This document shows, in pieces, positions 8,388-18,251 of a stretch of DNA of 53,702 bases. Source of the DNA: a virus (taxonomy: Duplodnaviria > Caudoviricetes); the IMG/VR virus record IMGVR_UViG_3300021375_002114, positions 1-53,702 of that record; one strand, 5' to 3'. A program made the translations under genes and the position numbers. Every line of letters begins with the position of its first letter. The stretch's first letter is position 1. A model generated the notes under the pieces. That model ran no database searches. It was not told the origin of the DNA and was given only the letters and a program-made list of their open reading frames with translations.

Positions 8388-9250
8388 TGCGTCTTATACT
8401 TCCATTTGTTGAAACCATGATAACCTATGCTTGTAATCTTAGTTGTACAGGTTGTACAAACTATAGTGATTACAACATGAAAGGCAGTGTGCGTTGGACA
8501 CAAGGCAAGGAATGGATAAACGCATGGATGGAACGTATTGACATAGAAGACTTTGGAATAATGGGCGGCGAACCAACATTGAATCCAGAATGTGAACAGT
8601 GGATTTACGGAGTACGCTCTTTGTTACCTAACAGTCGTATTAGATTTACAACCAATGGAGTTAATTTTCTTAAAAAACCTGAAGTATTTGACTGGTGTGT
8701 TGACGTTGGAAACACAGTGTTTAAGTTTTCACTTCATGAAGACAAAACTTATGGCATGGATGCGATAAACTATGTGTTTAACAAGTACAAGTTTACACCA
8801 ATAACCGAGTATGGTATTAACCGTTGGCTTGGTCCAAACAACACACGTTTTCAAATCAATTCGCCTTTACAATTTTTTAAAACTTATAAAGGAACGTTTG
8901 GAAATATACAACCACATAACAATAATGCAAAAGATGCATTTGATATATGCGTACAACAAAATTGTTCACTGTTATATGAAGGCAAAATTTATAAATGCAG
9001 TAGCATTGCATTGTTAAAAAAAGTGTTATCTGACTGGAGACAACCCATCACAGATTCATGGAAGCCATACACTGACTACGAAGCAATATCTGTAAATAGT
9101 TCAGATAAAACTATTAGACAGTTCATACAAAACTGTACCAAGCCACATAAAATTTGTACCATGTGTCCAACTGTGAAGGACACAGGTAGTATCATTGATC
9201 ACAAAACAAATGTAATATCAAAAAAGCAGTGGATTAAATTAAATTCTTGA
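8387..9250 (+). CDS. Radical SAM protein
   Basis: CNLSCTGC, GGEP, TTNG, C-terminal YKC and CTMCP. Confidence 0.85.
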   Translation: MRLILPFVETMITYACNLSCTGCTNYSDYNMKGSVRWTQGKEWINAWMERIDIEDFGIMGGEPTLNPECEQWIYGVRSLLPNSRIRFTTNGVNFLKKPEVFDWCVDVGNTVFKFSLHEDKTYGMDAINYVFNKYKFTPITEYGINRWLGPNNTRFQINSPLQFFKTYKGTFGNIQPHNNNAKDAFDICVQQNCSLLYEGKIYKCSSIALLKKVLSDWRQPITDSWKPYTDYEAISVNSSDKTIRQFIQNCTKPHKICTMCPTVKDTGSIIDHKTNVISKKQWIKLNS

Positions 9251-9252
9251 AA

Positions 9253-9975
9253 TTATGTTGCGTAGATCTCCAATACTGTGTCAATAATAGGATGCCTCTG
9301 TATATCTCTATTGTTCATATAGCATACACTTAGTCCATCACGACGTGTTTCTAAACGTTTACATAGGTCAATCAACCCGTTGTTGTGTACAGTTCTATCT
9401 GTTTGTTCAACATCGCCTGTGATTACTATTTTGCTATTCTCACCAATACGTGTCATCAGCATTTTCATTTGACTTGGTGTTGCATTTTGCATTTCATCTG
9501 CTATAATCCAGGCATCCTTGAATGTTCTTCCTCTCATAAAAGCCAATGGCGATATTTCAATAGTTTGTTCGTCTAGCATACGTGCTACTTCTTTTTTAGT
9601 GTAGAATTCTCGCAGTACATCAAACAAAGGTCTTGTCCACGGCTCCATTTTACTATTCAAGTCTCCGGGCAAAAAGCCATGCTTCTCATCATCAACACCC
9701 ACTGCTGGACGGGTCAGTACAATACGTTCACATGCACCATCTCTAAAGGCTTTTATAGCCGCTAACATTGCAAGATAAGTCTTACCCGTGCCTGCAGGTC
9801 CAGTTGCCACAGTAATGTTAGTCTGCGGATCTAGTAGGCTCTGTATAAGGTTTTCTTGATTGATTGACTTCGGACGAAGTTCAATTTGTTTGCGTTTTAG
9901 TGCTTGGTTAAAATTTATTGTGTTGTCTTGTTGTAGTTGTCTTTGATATTTTGCTTTACGTTTAGCTCGAGACAT
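9253..9975 (-). CDS. phoH: PhoH-family ATPase
   Basis: GPAGTGKT, LTRP, GFLPG, FMRGRT, DEMQN, TRIGE, GDVEQ. Confidence 0.95.
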   Translation of the reverse strand: MSRAKRKAKYQRQLQQDNTINFNQALKRKQIELRPKSINQENLIQSLLDPQTNITVATGPAGTGKTYLAMLAAIKAFRDGACERIVLTRPAVGVDDEKHGFLPGDLNSKMEPWTRPLFDVLREFYTKKEVARMLDEQTIEISPLAFMRGRTFKDAWIIADEMQNATPSQMKMLMTRIGENSKIVITGDVEQTDRTVHNNGLIDLCKRLETRRDGLSVCYMNNRDIQRHPIIDTVLEIYAT

Positions 9976-10015
9976 TGTATCTCCTAGGTTAAAGGTTATT
10001 CGCTACCCACAATAA

Positions 10016-10021
10016 TATTTA
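10016..10021 (-). promoter_or_regulatory. Late-type TAAATA promoter for phoH
   Basis: TAAATA on the - strand about 40 nt upstream of the phoH start; AGGAG SD in between. Confidence 0.5.
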
Positions 10022-10071
10022 AAACAAAAACAGATAAGTTATACTGTGTGTAAAGTTTTGGTATGCACCGC

Positions 10072-10111
10072 TAAATATATTAGTGGCCACAAAGACAAAT
10101 TGGGCTAAATA
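10072..10111 (+). promoter_or_regulatory. Two tandem late-type promoters (GCTAAATA)
   Basis: TAAATA at 10072-10077 and 10106-10111, each followed by GGCCACAAA (10085, 10131). Confidence 0.55.
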
Positions 10112-10138
10112 CTGTTAACGTAAAACAAAAGGCCACAA

Positions 10139-10714
10139 ATGTCACTCGACGATAAAGAATTTTTTAAAGACGGCTCCGACTATTGGATGGTAGCAGATAA
10201 TATCAAAGGAATCTACATGAGCGATGGTAGTATGCGAGTACTACTTGACTTTGAACGTGTAATAAACGAACTTGATATATTTGCCTTCCGCAATTGGGAA
10301 CTAGGCGAACTAGTAGCAGGTCCAGAACAAGGCCCATACAAAACATCCTGTACATTTTTATGGCCAGAACAACTTATGCCGGATCCAAGGGGAGCAATGC
10401 GTTTATTGCCATTTGATTGTGAAGTTAAATGGAAGAAAACCAAAATGAAAGTTCCTGTTAAAGTAAAAAATCCAGGCGACTTCAAAGCAGGTACTAAGGT
10501 TGCACGTCTAATTGAAAAGCCAATTTGGTTAGTTGAAATTATTATGCCAAAAAGTTTAATGAGTGATATAAGAACTGGCGCCATTGAATTAGAAGATGAA
10601 ACAGTTGACTTACAAGATTTAGATGATGCTTACAATGCTGATTTGGATCAACAACAGGTTATGGATGTAGACGCACAAGCAGAAATGGATACTAATATCG
10701 ATGTCCAAGTTTAA
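10139..10714 (+). CDS. Hypothetical phage protein
   Basis: 191-aa ORF after late promoters; acidic C-terminus. Confidence 0.8.
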   Translation: MSLDDKEFFKDGSDYWMVADNIKGIYMSDGSMRVLLDFERVINELDIFAFRNWELGELVAGPEQGPYKTSCTFLWPEQLMPDPRGAMRLLPFDCEVKWKKTKMKVPVKVKNPGDFKAGTKVARLIEKPIWLVEIIMPKSLMSDIRTGAIELEDETVDLQDLDDAYNADLDQQQVMDVDAQAEMDTNIDVQV

Positions 10715-11249
10715 TTTAACAGAAGGCTTAGGTTACAAAGACCTAGCAGGTATGATGAAAAGCACAATGTATGTTGATGACTTTTCAAGTAAGATGGGCG
10801 ACGATGATGAGATAGTTGTTGCCAGTTTTTACGTTAGAGATAGACAAGCCGCAGTTGACTTGGTTAACTGGTTTGAAAAAGGCTATGACTTTGTACTGGA
10901 TGCTGACATGAGCCCAGGTGAAGTTAAGCCAAATAGATTTCTTGTGTACATCGAACTTAAACGTAGAAACTACACTGCTGACAACTTAGCCACACTGTTA
11001 GATGATTTCAACACACTAACTGAGTATGAAGGTGATGGCTGGACAATGGGCTACAGAGGCAAAGAAATGCCTTTTACTGTAGAACAGTTCAACATGCTAG
11101 TACCTACCTCGCCAAAAACTTACAGAGAACGTGAACAGTTTGAACTCAATGAAGCAAGAACTCTTGCTGGTATCCCGCCTAAGGCTATATACAACAAAGG
11201 CAAAAAAGCCAAAGACATACAAAATTTATTAGCAAACGCAGGACGTTAA
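10701..11249 (+). CDS. Hypothetical phage protein
   Basis: 182-aa ORF coupled to the upstream gene; N-terminus MSKFNLTE. Confidence 0.8.
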   Translation: MSKFNLTEGLGYKDLAGMMKSTMYVDDFSSKMGDDDEIVVASFYVRDRQAAVDLVNWFEKGYDFVLDADMSPGEVKPNRFLVYIELKRRNYTADNLATLLDDFNTLTEYEGDGWTMGYRGKEMPFTVEQFNMLVPTSPKTYREREQFELNEARTLAGIPPKAIYNKGKKAKDIQNLLANAGR

Positions 11250-11992
11250 TGACATACAAAAAAGTTGTTGCTTTTGGCGACAGTTTTACTAGGGGCGATG
11301 AGCTGACTGATTCTAAGTTGCCATCACACGTAAACCCTTTTACACATAGTAAATTTACATGGCCCGCACTGGTCGCTAACAATTGTCCATATGAATGCTA
11401 CGCAATTGGCGGAGTAGGAAATACATGGATAAGCTGGCAAGTCACTAATATGCTACGCAAATTACAAAACTGCCTTGTTATTGTTAACTGGACTTGGTTT
11501 GAACGATTTGATTATGTTGATATCAATAACAAGAGCTGGGCTACAACGCACCCAAGAATTACAAACGATGTAAACCATTTTTTTTATAAGCATATAGACA
11601 GTGATGTTTGGAATTTATTTCGTAACTTGCAAATGATACACAGTACTATTTGTTTATTAGAACAAAATAAAATTGACTTTCTAATGACTTGTTTGGATCC
11701 AATGCTACATAAAAAAGCCGTATATCCAGAGACATCATCAAGGCAAAGACGAGGTGGTAACGGATATCTAGATGCAGAATCATGGCAAAACTCTCATCGA
11801 GATGCGGCAGTAGAGTTACAGAAACAAGTAAACCATTATATTGTAAATTTTTACGGATATACTTTTTTAGAATGGACAAAGCACAAAAATTTCCAACTTG
11901 GACCTAATGGGCATCCGTTGGAAAAAGCACATGTAGAGGCCGCAAAGTACATAAATATGGCTACAACAGAAGGAAAGAACTATGGATATTGA
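11249..11992 (+). CDS. SGNH/GDSL-like hydrolase or acyltransferase domain protein
   Basis: FGDSFT block I, GGVGN, C-terminal NGHP. Confidence 0.65.
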   Translation: MTYKKVVAFGDSFTRGDELTDSKLPSHVNPFTHSKFTWPALVANNCPYECYAIGGVGNTWISWQVTNMLRKLQNCLVIVNWTWFERFDYVDINNKSWATTHPRITNDVNHFFYKHIDSDVWNLFRNLQMIHSTICLLEQNKIDFLMTCLDPMLHKKAVYPETSSRQRRGGNGYLDAESWQNSHRDAAVELQKQVNHYIVNFYGYTFLEWTKHKNFQLGPNGHPLEKAHVEAAKYINMATTEGKNYGY

Positions 11993-12434
11993 TAAACTTA
12001 GGAAAGAGATTGCATATGACGAAGGCTCAGTTAATGAAATATACCTCGACCATCTCGGGTTGCCTACTTTTGGTATTGGTCATTTGGTTATTGATAGTGA
12101 CCCAGAACATGGACAACCGGTTGGAACGCCTGTCTCAGAAGATAGATGCAATTCAGCCTTTGACAGTGATGTCCAAACAGTCCTCGCAGACTGCGAGCGA
12201 TTATATCCTGACTTTGATGACCTCCCAGAAGAAGTCCAACTAATTGTTGCTAACATGATGTTCAACATGGGTCGTCCAAGACTGAGCAAGTTTAAGGGAA
12301 TGAAGCGTGGAGTAGATGCTAAAGATTGGAATGCGGCCGCAGATGAAATGGTTGATTCAAATTGGTACAAACAAGTAACAAAACGTGCAGACAGACTGGT
12401 AGCACGTATGCGAGCAGTACAGATAGACGACTAA
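11982..12434 (+). CDS. Endolysin, T4-lysozyme-like (GH24)
   Basis: DEG...YLDHLGLPTFGIGH catalytic region; NMMFNMG; WYKQVTKRA. Confidence 0.92.
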   Translation: MDIDKLRKEIAYDEGSVNEIYLDHLGLPTFGIGHLVIDSDPEHGQPVGTPVSEDRCNSAFDSDVQTVLADCERLYPDFDDLPEEVQLIVANMMFNMGRPRLSKFKGMKRGVDAKDWNAAADEMVDSNWYKQVTKRADRLVARMRAVQIDD

Positions 12435-12811
12435 TGGCTAGAATATACGCATTATTAATAATACTTGCAATACTTGGTGGTTGCGGATACGGAGTGTATC
12501 TTTATTACAAAGACACACAAGCACGTATAGCAACACTGCGAACTAATAATGCTAACTTAGAATCTAGTAATAAAAGTTTATCAGCAAAGATTACTGCAAT
12601 GAATGAGAATGCAGTAAAGCAAGCAAAGTTATCTCAAGAACTCACAGACGACTTAAAAAAAGCACGTGAAGCAAACACAGTAATCAAGGACCTGTTGGCA
12701 AAAACTGATCTAGTTAAAAACAGTTTAGCAGATCCATTAGCATCTGAAAAGAGAATAAATGAAAAAATTGATAGTTTTTTCAAGTCTATTGAGTCTGCTA
12801 CTGTTAAGTAG
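12434..12811 (+). CDS. Inner-membrane spanin (Rz-like)
   Basis: N-terminal TM helix then coiled coil; follows the endolysin; start at ATG 12434. Confidence 0.72.
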   Translation: MARIYALLIILAILGGCGYGVYLYYKDTQARIATLRTNNANLESSNKSLSAKITAMNENAVKQAKLSQELTDDLKKAREANTVIKDLLAKTDLVKNSLADPLASEKRINEKIDSFFKSIESATVK

Positions 12812-13133
12812 TTGCTCTTGGAAGCCTGAAAAAGAAATTGTAACTCAAGTTGAAGTCTACAAGCCAACCATTCAAGTTGTGCCGAGACCAAAAGTACTAT
12901 CTCTTAAAGATGCAAACATAGTTGTAATCACAGAAAAGAACTTGAATGAAGTTATACAACGTGTAAAAGACATGCAAGGAAGTTTTGTTGTGTATGCACT
13001 TGATCCAAAAAGTTTTGAAGCACTGGCAATAAACATGGAAGAGATAAAGTTATACATTGAAGAACAAAACAAAATTATACTTTATTATGAAAAGTCTGTC
13101 ACAGAAGAGCTTGACAAAACACAAAAAAAATAG
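12759..13133 (+). CDS. Outer-membrane lipoprotein spanin (Rz1-like)
   Basis: Lipobox LLSSC; overlaps the Rz-like gene; Pro-containing linker. Confidence 0.72.
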   Translation: MKKLIVFSSLLSLLLLSSCSWKPEKEIVTQVEVYKPTIQVVPRPKVLSLKDANIVVITEKNLNEVIQRVKDMQGSFVVYALDPKSFEALAINMEEIKLYIEEQNKIILYYEKSVTEELDKTQKK

Positions 13134-13139
13134 TATAAT
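13111..13139 (+). promoter_or_regulatory. Sigma70-type promoter
   Basis: TTGACA-N17-TATAAT just upstream of dnaJ; probably near-leaderless. Confidence 0.75.
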
Positions 13140-13144
13140 AAACT

Positions 13145-13918
13145 ATGAATAATCCATATAGCACATTAGGTGTTGCAAAAGGTGCAACTGCTGATACTAT
13201 CAAACGAGCTTATAAAGAAAAAGCCAAAGAGCACCATCCTGACCGTGGCGGTGATGCAAACAAGTTTGCTGAAATTAGTAATGCATATGATATACTTAAA
13301 GATCCAAACAAACGTGCATACTATGATCATACAGGATCAACTGATCAAAGGCAACAAGGATTTAATCAACAACAAGGATTCCATTTTAACGATATATTCT
13401 CGCAGATGTTTAGACAACAACAACAACGTCAAGCAGAAGCACGCATTAATATGAGCATAAGTTTACGTGATAGTTTAGCAGGCGGAAAACGTATAATTGG
13501 TGTACAAACTCCGCAAGGAAGTACTGATGTAGAAATAGACATTCCACGTGGTATTGTGCATGGAGAAAGTGTACGTTATGCAAAAGCGGCTCCCGGAAGT
13601 ATAGATCTAGTTGTAAATTTTAGAATACAAGGTGATCCTAGATGGCAACGTAACGGACTTGACATGCATACAGAACGAGAGGTTGATTTTTGGATGCTTA
13701 TCTTAGGCGGAGATATTACAGTGGTTGACGTGTTAGGAAAGAAATATGATGTGCGTATACCACCACGTACTAATCCTGGAACTACAGTAAGACTAGGATC
13801 CGCTGGTGTGTTCAGAGACAGACATAACCCTGGTGACATTTTTGTAAAAATAAAAGCCACCATGCCAAAGAATATACCCGAAGAAGTAATTGCCACCATT
13901 AAGAAATACCAGCAATAA
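13145..13918 (+). CDS. dnaJ: DnaJ/CbpA-type co-chaperone (no zinc finger)
   Basis: J domain with HPD; G/F/Q linker; C-terminal DnaJ_C domain. Confidence 0.92.
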   Translation: MNNPYSTLGVAKGATADTIKRAYKEKAKEHHPDRGGDANKFAEISNAYDILKDPNKRAYYDHTGSTDQRQQGFNQQQGFHFNDIFSQMFRQQQQRQAEARINMSISLRDSLAGGKRIIGVQTPQGSTDVEIDIPRGIVHGESVRYAKAAPGSIDLVVNFRIQGDPRWQRNGLDMHTEREVDFWMLILGGDITVVDVLGKKYDVRIPPRTNPGTTVRLGSAGVFRDRHNPGDIFVKIKATMPKNIPEEVIATIKKYQQ

Positions 13919-13940
13919 ATACTAGAAAATAAGGAGAGAT

Positions 13941-16250
13941 ATGCCAAATAATCCTGAGATAGAAAGTATATTAGAACAAGCACAAAAGATTGCAGTGAGT
14001 AAAAATCACGAATATATTACACTAGAACATTTAATGTTAGCATTAGTGAAGCACAAAAGATTTTATCGATGCCTAGAACAGTTTGGAACTTCACCAGAAG
14101 CAATTGAACAAGATTTAATCTTGTATCTTGATAGTCAAGCAGTGCTTGTTTCTGCAAAAGGCAAAGTCAAAGACCCACGAAAAACAAATGCACTTGAACG
14201 TGTGTTCAATAGAGCTCTCACACAGGTAATGTTTGGTGGAAGACGTACGATGAGTACAATTGACGTGTGGTTAGCCATCATGGCTGAAGGTAACAGCTAT
14301 GCTAGTTATTTTATGCTAAAGCACGGAGTCAATAAACAAGAATTTGTTAAGCATTGGCAAGTAACTTATGAGATAAAAACTACTAACAGTATGCCCGTTG
14401 AACATGCAAACGAAATACTTGACGAGCATTGCATTAATATTAGCCAACTAGCAAAAGATGACCAACTAGAGCCTGTAATAGGCAGAGAAACAGAACTTGA
14501 AGAAATTGTTACTGTGTTAGCAAAACGTTTTAAAAGCAATGTACTAATGGTCGGCGATCCAGGTGTTGGTAAAACTGCTATTGCAGAAGGACTTGCTACA
14601 CGTATCAAAGAAAATACTGTACCAAAATTTATACAAAACTTTGAGGTATGGGGATTAGAAATTGGTAGTTTACTTGCAGGTTCAAAGTATAGAGGCGAGT
14701 TTGAAGAGAAACTTAAAGACGTCATCGCTGCATTAGAATCTAAGAAGAACTGCATACTTTTCATTGATGAAGCACATACCATGAAAGGTGCAGGTGCAAC
14801 TGGCGGAAGCAGTTTAGACTTTGCTAACATGATAAAACCGGCAATCACAAAAGGCAACTTAAAAGTAATAGCAAGCACAACGTGGGAGGAGTTCTACGAG
14901 AGCTTTGAAAAAGATCGTGCATTGATGAGACGCTTTTATAGAGTAAGTATTGATGAACCAGACAAAAATACCACTGTAAAAATATTACATGGACTGAAGC
15001 CTCGTTTGGAAAAGTTTCATAATGTACAAATTGCCGACAATGCTATTGTTAAAGCCGTTGATATGGCTACTAGATATATGAGTGATAAGAAAAATCCAGA
15101 TAAAAGCATTGATCTAATTGATGCGGCTTGTGCAGTAGAACGTATCAAAGACAAACAAGGATTGGTAGTGGATGAAGAACTAATTGATGTTCAAGTGTCT
15201 AGGATTGCAAATATTCCTGAAAGTAAAGTAGCCAGCAATGTAAGTGACAAAGTCAAAGACCTTGATACAAATATCAAAGACAAGTTGTTTGGTCAAGATG
15301 AAGTTGTAAATCAAGTGCTTGAAAGACTTTATGTCAACTATGCTGGTATCAGCACACCAAATCGTCCAATGGGTGCATTTTTGTTTTTAGGTCCTACTGG
15401 TACTGGTAAAACTGAATTTGCAAAACTACTAAGCAACAATCTTGATATGCACATGCTACGCTATGACATGAGCGAATATCAAGACAAACATACTGTGAGT
15501 AGTCTACTTGGTGCGCCTCCAGGGTTTGTTGGATACGATGATAGCAATCTCGGTGGGGGTAAACTTATATCCGATATCTCTAAAAATCCGTATAGTGTGT
15601 TATTATTTGATGAAGTAGAAAAAGCACATCCTGATGTGAGTAATATCTTTTTACAGATGATGGATGAAGGAACTGTGACTGGTTCAAATGGCAAAACTGT
15701 TGATGTAAAGAATTGTGTAATTATTTTAACATCAAATTTGGGTGCAAGAGATAACGAAAACAACACTATAGGTTTTGGACAAGAACTTACAAAAACAGGA
15801 TCTGAAGACAAAGCAGTAAAAGATTTTTTCAAACCAGAGCTGCGTAACAGGCTTGACTTAACTGTAAAATTTAAAGCACTTGAGCCAATAGCAATTAAAA
15901 AAATTGTTGCTAAGTTTATAAATGAACTACGTATAAGTTTACAAGACAAGAATATAAACATTATTGTTACTGAACCATTGGTTGATCATTTAGTGGAAGT
16001 AGGTTATGATCCAAAGATGGGTGCAAGACCACTAGGACGTAAGATTGATGAACTTATTAAAGTACCATTGAGTAAAAAGATACTGTTTGAAAAATTAGAG
16101 AACTGCCATCTAACATGCGACTTGTTTATCAAGGGCAAGAAACGTAGAGTCAGTTTTAAGTCGCAACCAAAAACAACTGTCAGTGGTGGTGAAGTTGATG
16201 CAAATGGTATCGTTGTAGTAAACGAGACAGCACTAGAAAGCGATAAATAA
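13941..16250 (+). CDS. clpA: ClpA-type AAA+ unfoldase
   Basis: Clp N domain; two Walker A motifs (GDPGVGKT, GPTGTGKT); IGF ClpP-docking loop; GARPL; TAAATA at 13916 and AAGGAG SD. Confidence 0.93.
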   Translation: MPNNPEIESILEQAQKIAVSKNHEYITLEHLMLALVKHKRFYRCLEQFGTSPEAIEQDLILYLDSQAVLVSAKGKVKDPRKTNALERVFNRALTQVMFGGRRTMSTIDVWLAIMAEGNSYASYFMLKHGVNKQEFVKHWQVTYEIKTTNSMPVEHANEILDEHCINISQLAKDDQLEPVIGRETELEEIVTVLAKRFKSNVLMVGDPGVGKTAIAEGLATRIKENTVPKFIQNFEVWGLEIGSLLAGSKYRGEFEEKLKDVIAALESKKNCILFIDEAHTMKGAGATGGSSLDFANMIKPAITKGNLKVIASTTWEEFYESFEKDRALMRRFYRVSIDEPDKNTTVKILHGLKPRLEKFHNVQIADNAIVKAVDMATRYMSDKKNPDKSIDLIDAACAVERIKDKQGLVVDEELIDVQVSRIANIPESKVASNVSDKVKDLDTNIKDKLFGQDEVVNQVLERLYVNYAGISTPNRPMGAFLFLGPTGTGKTEFAKLLSNNLDMHMLRYDMSEYQDKHTVSSLLGAPPGFVGYDDSNLGGGKLISDISKNPYSVLLFDEVEKAHPDVSNIFLQMMDEGTVTGSNGKTVDVKNCVIILTSNLGARDNENNTIGFGQELTKTGSEDKAVKDFFKPELRNRLDLTVKFKALEPIAIKKIVAKFINELRISLQDKNINIIVTEPLVDHLVEVGYDPKMGARPLGRKIDELIKVPLSKKILFEKLENCHLTCDLFIKGKKRRVSFKSQPKTTVSGGEVDANGIVVVNETALESDK

Positions 16251-16254
16251 CAGC

Positions 16255-16434
16255 ATGGCAAAGATAAACACAACATCAATTACAATAACACTTAGCGAAC
16301 TAGTACGTGACGATGCACCTGCAAGAGACATACTTACTGCTGACACAATTTCACAGTTAGAAGCGGTTATAACGCAACTAGCAACTGAAGGCGGAAGTGC
16401 AAACGTTCTTGTTGAACTAACAAAAGCAGAGTAA
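16255..16434 (+). CDS. Small hypothetical protein (59 aa, not in ORF track)
   Basis: MAKINTTSITITLSELVRDD...LTKAE; begins just after TAAATA (16244-16249). Confidence 0.7.
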   Translation: MAKINTTSITITLSELVRDDAPARDILTADTISQLEAVITQLATEGGSANVLVELTKAE

Positions 16435-16435
16435 C

Positions 16436-16837
16436 ATGAAGTCAAGCAGTCTTGTATTAATAGCAGAAACAGCATATGCGGCTGGCACTGTTACCATTAC
16501 TGGTACTAGACAAAAAGGTGTCGGCTATTATAATGGACAAGGCAATGGGCAAAACATACGTTTTATCGCCAATGACTTTCCTGGTGTGGTTACAATACAA
16601 GCAAGTTTAGATACAGATCCAAAGACTGCTGATAGTTATCCTGCGGATTATCCAACTGGACTAATAGAAGCCGACTGGTTTGATGTATATACGTTTCCAG
16701 GTGATAGTGCAGTTGACGGATCAAGTGCAATCACAACAGATTACAGTATATATTTGCCTGGTAAGTACACATGGGTAAGAGCAGTTGTAAGTCAATTTAC
16801 AAGTGGCGTTATTGGCCCAATAACAATGAGCTATTAG
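16436..16837 (+). CDS. Hypothetical protein, possibly virion structural
   Basis: 133 aa, beta-strand/Gly/Thr-rich, in a late-promoter operon. Confidence 0.7.
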   Translation: MKSSSLVLIAETAYAAGTVTITGTRQKGVGYYNGQGNGQNIRFIANDFPGVVTIQASLDTDPKTADSYPADYPTGLIEADWFDVYTFPGDSAVDGSSAITTDYSIYLPGKYTWVRAVVSQFTSGVIGPITMSY

Positions 16838-16846
16838 GAAGAAGAG

Positions 16847-18193
16847 ATGTTAAAGAAATTAGTCATCATACCAGGAGGATTTCATCCTTTTCATGCAGGA
16901 CACAAAGCATTGTATGATGCAGCCGTTGCACAGTTTCCTAAAGCAGATGTATTCATTGCCGCAACAGATGACAAAAGCAACAGACCATTTCCTTTCAAAT
17001 TAAAGAAATCACTTGCTGGCATAGCAGGTATTCCTGCACACAGATTTGTGCAAGTAAAGTCGCCGTTTCAACCACGAGAGATCACAGACTTGTATGATCC
17101 TGAAACAACACAACTTATTTTTGTTCGTAGTGATAAGGATTCAGGCGTGTCACCTATGCCTGGTGGATTTAAAAAAGATGGCAGTGCAAGTTACTTACAA
17201 CCATTAAAAAGACAAAAGCCAGAAAACATGAAACAACATGGTTTTATGACCTACTTGCCGACAGTGCAGTTTGGTCCTGGTATGACCAGTGCTACAGAAA
17301 TACGTGGCAAGTGGCCAGGAATGTCACCGGAAGAAAAAGAAGATCTAATTGTTAATCTGTATCCGATGAATTCAAAGCCAATGATCAACAAAGCAGTTGA
17401 AATATTTGATACTGTGCTTGCAGAAGAAAAAGAACAAATTACAATGCCAATGGGTAGTATAAAGAAAACTGTAGAAGATATAAGAATGAACAGTCGTGGT
17501 AAACTCGAACGTGATACGCCTTACGGTGATTTACCAAGTGAACTAGAAGATGGCGATGATGATTCAGAAGCAAGATATAACAAAGCAATGTCCGACGCTA
17601 AAGTAAAAGAAACACGTATCATCAACAAAGGCGACGAAGTTGCAATACTACCAGCAGGCGGTATGGGTTCACACAGTGAAGCAAGTTTAAAAAGCAACCT
17701 TGGTGACAAACTGCGTACACTTGCTGACATGCTGGAAGACGAGAACTATGACAACCTCGAGTATGTAATTTACAAATCAGGTGCTATGGAATCACTTGTC
17801 GGAGCACTAAGACAGTATCAAAGTTTTAAAAACAAACGTGGTGCTCGTCCAATTAAAAAAGACGTTGAGATTGATATTTCAAATGAAGACTACTTGCCTG
17901 AAGACGAGACACTACAAGAGTATGTGTTCCAAAGTCGTCCACTTAGAGTATTAGACAACATAGCAAGTCGCAATGATGTACAAAAGTTTCCAATCAAATT
18001 TGATGATGGAACGACTGTAGAAGTTTCACCAAAGATGGCAAAAAAGTTTATGGATATCTACACTACAAAAGATACAGAAACGCAGAAAATTATTGATAAA
18101 AAAATAAGTCGCAAAGAAGTGTTTGTAAAAACATTCAATGATCTCATGCAAGGTAAACGCACAACAGGCGTTACCGTTGGCGACATACGATAA
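16847..18193 (+). CDS. HxGH nucleotidyltransferase (cytidyltransferase-like) domain fused to additional acidic modules
   Basis: PGGFHPFHAGH and SATEIR motifs in the N-terminal ~190 aa. Confidence 0.75.
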   Translation: MLKKLVIIPGGFHPFHAGHKALYDAAVAQFPKADVFIAATDDKSNRPFPFKLKKSLAGIAGIPAHRFVQVKSPFQPREITDLYDPETTQLIFVRSDKDSGVSPMPGGFKKDGSASYLQPLKRQKPENMKQHGFMTYLPTVQFGPGMTSATEIRGKWPGMSPEEKEDLIVNLYPMNSKPMINKAVEIFDTVLAEEKEQITMPMGSIKKTVEDIRMNSRGKLERDTPYGDLPSELEDGDDDSEARYNKAMSDAKVKETRIINKGDEVAILPAGGMGSHSEASLKSNLGDKLRTLADMLEDENYDNLEYVIYKSGAMESLVGALRQYQSFKNKRGARPIKKDVEIDISNEDYLPEDETLQEYVFQSRPLRVLDNIASRNDVQKFPIKFDDGTTVEVSPKMAKKFMDIYTTKDTETQKIIDKKISRKEVFVKTFNDLMQGKRTTGVTVGDIR

Positions 18194-18251
18194 ATCTACA
18201 CCACTACAACTAAATCATTAAATACGTATATAATTAACACGTGAGGAACCT

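Noticed and set aside
13351-13430. CAA-rich repeats in dnaJ
   Set aside because: They encode the ordinary low-complexity Q/G/F linker
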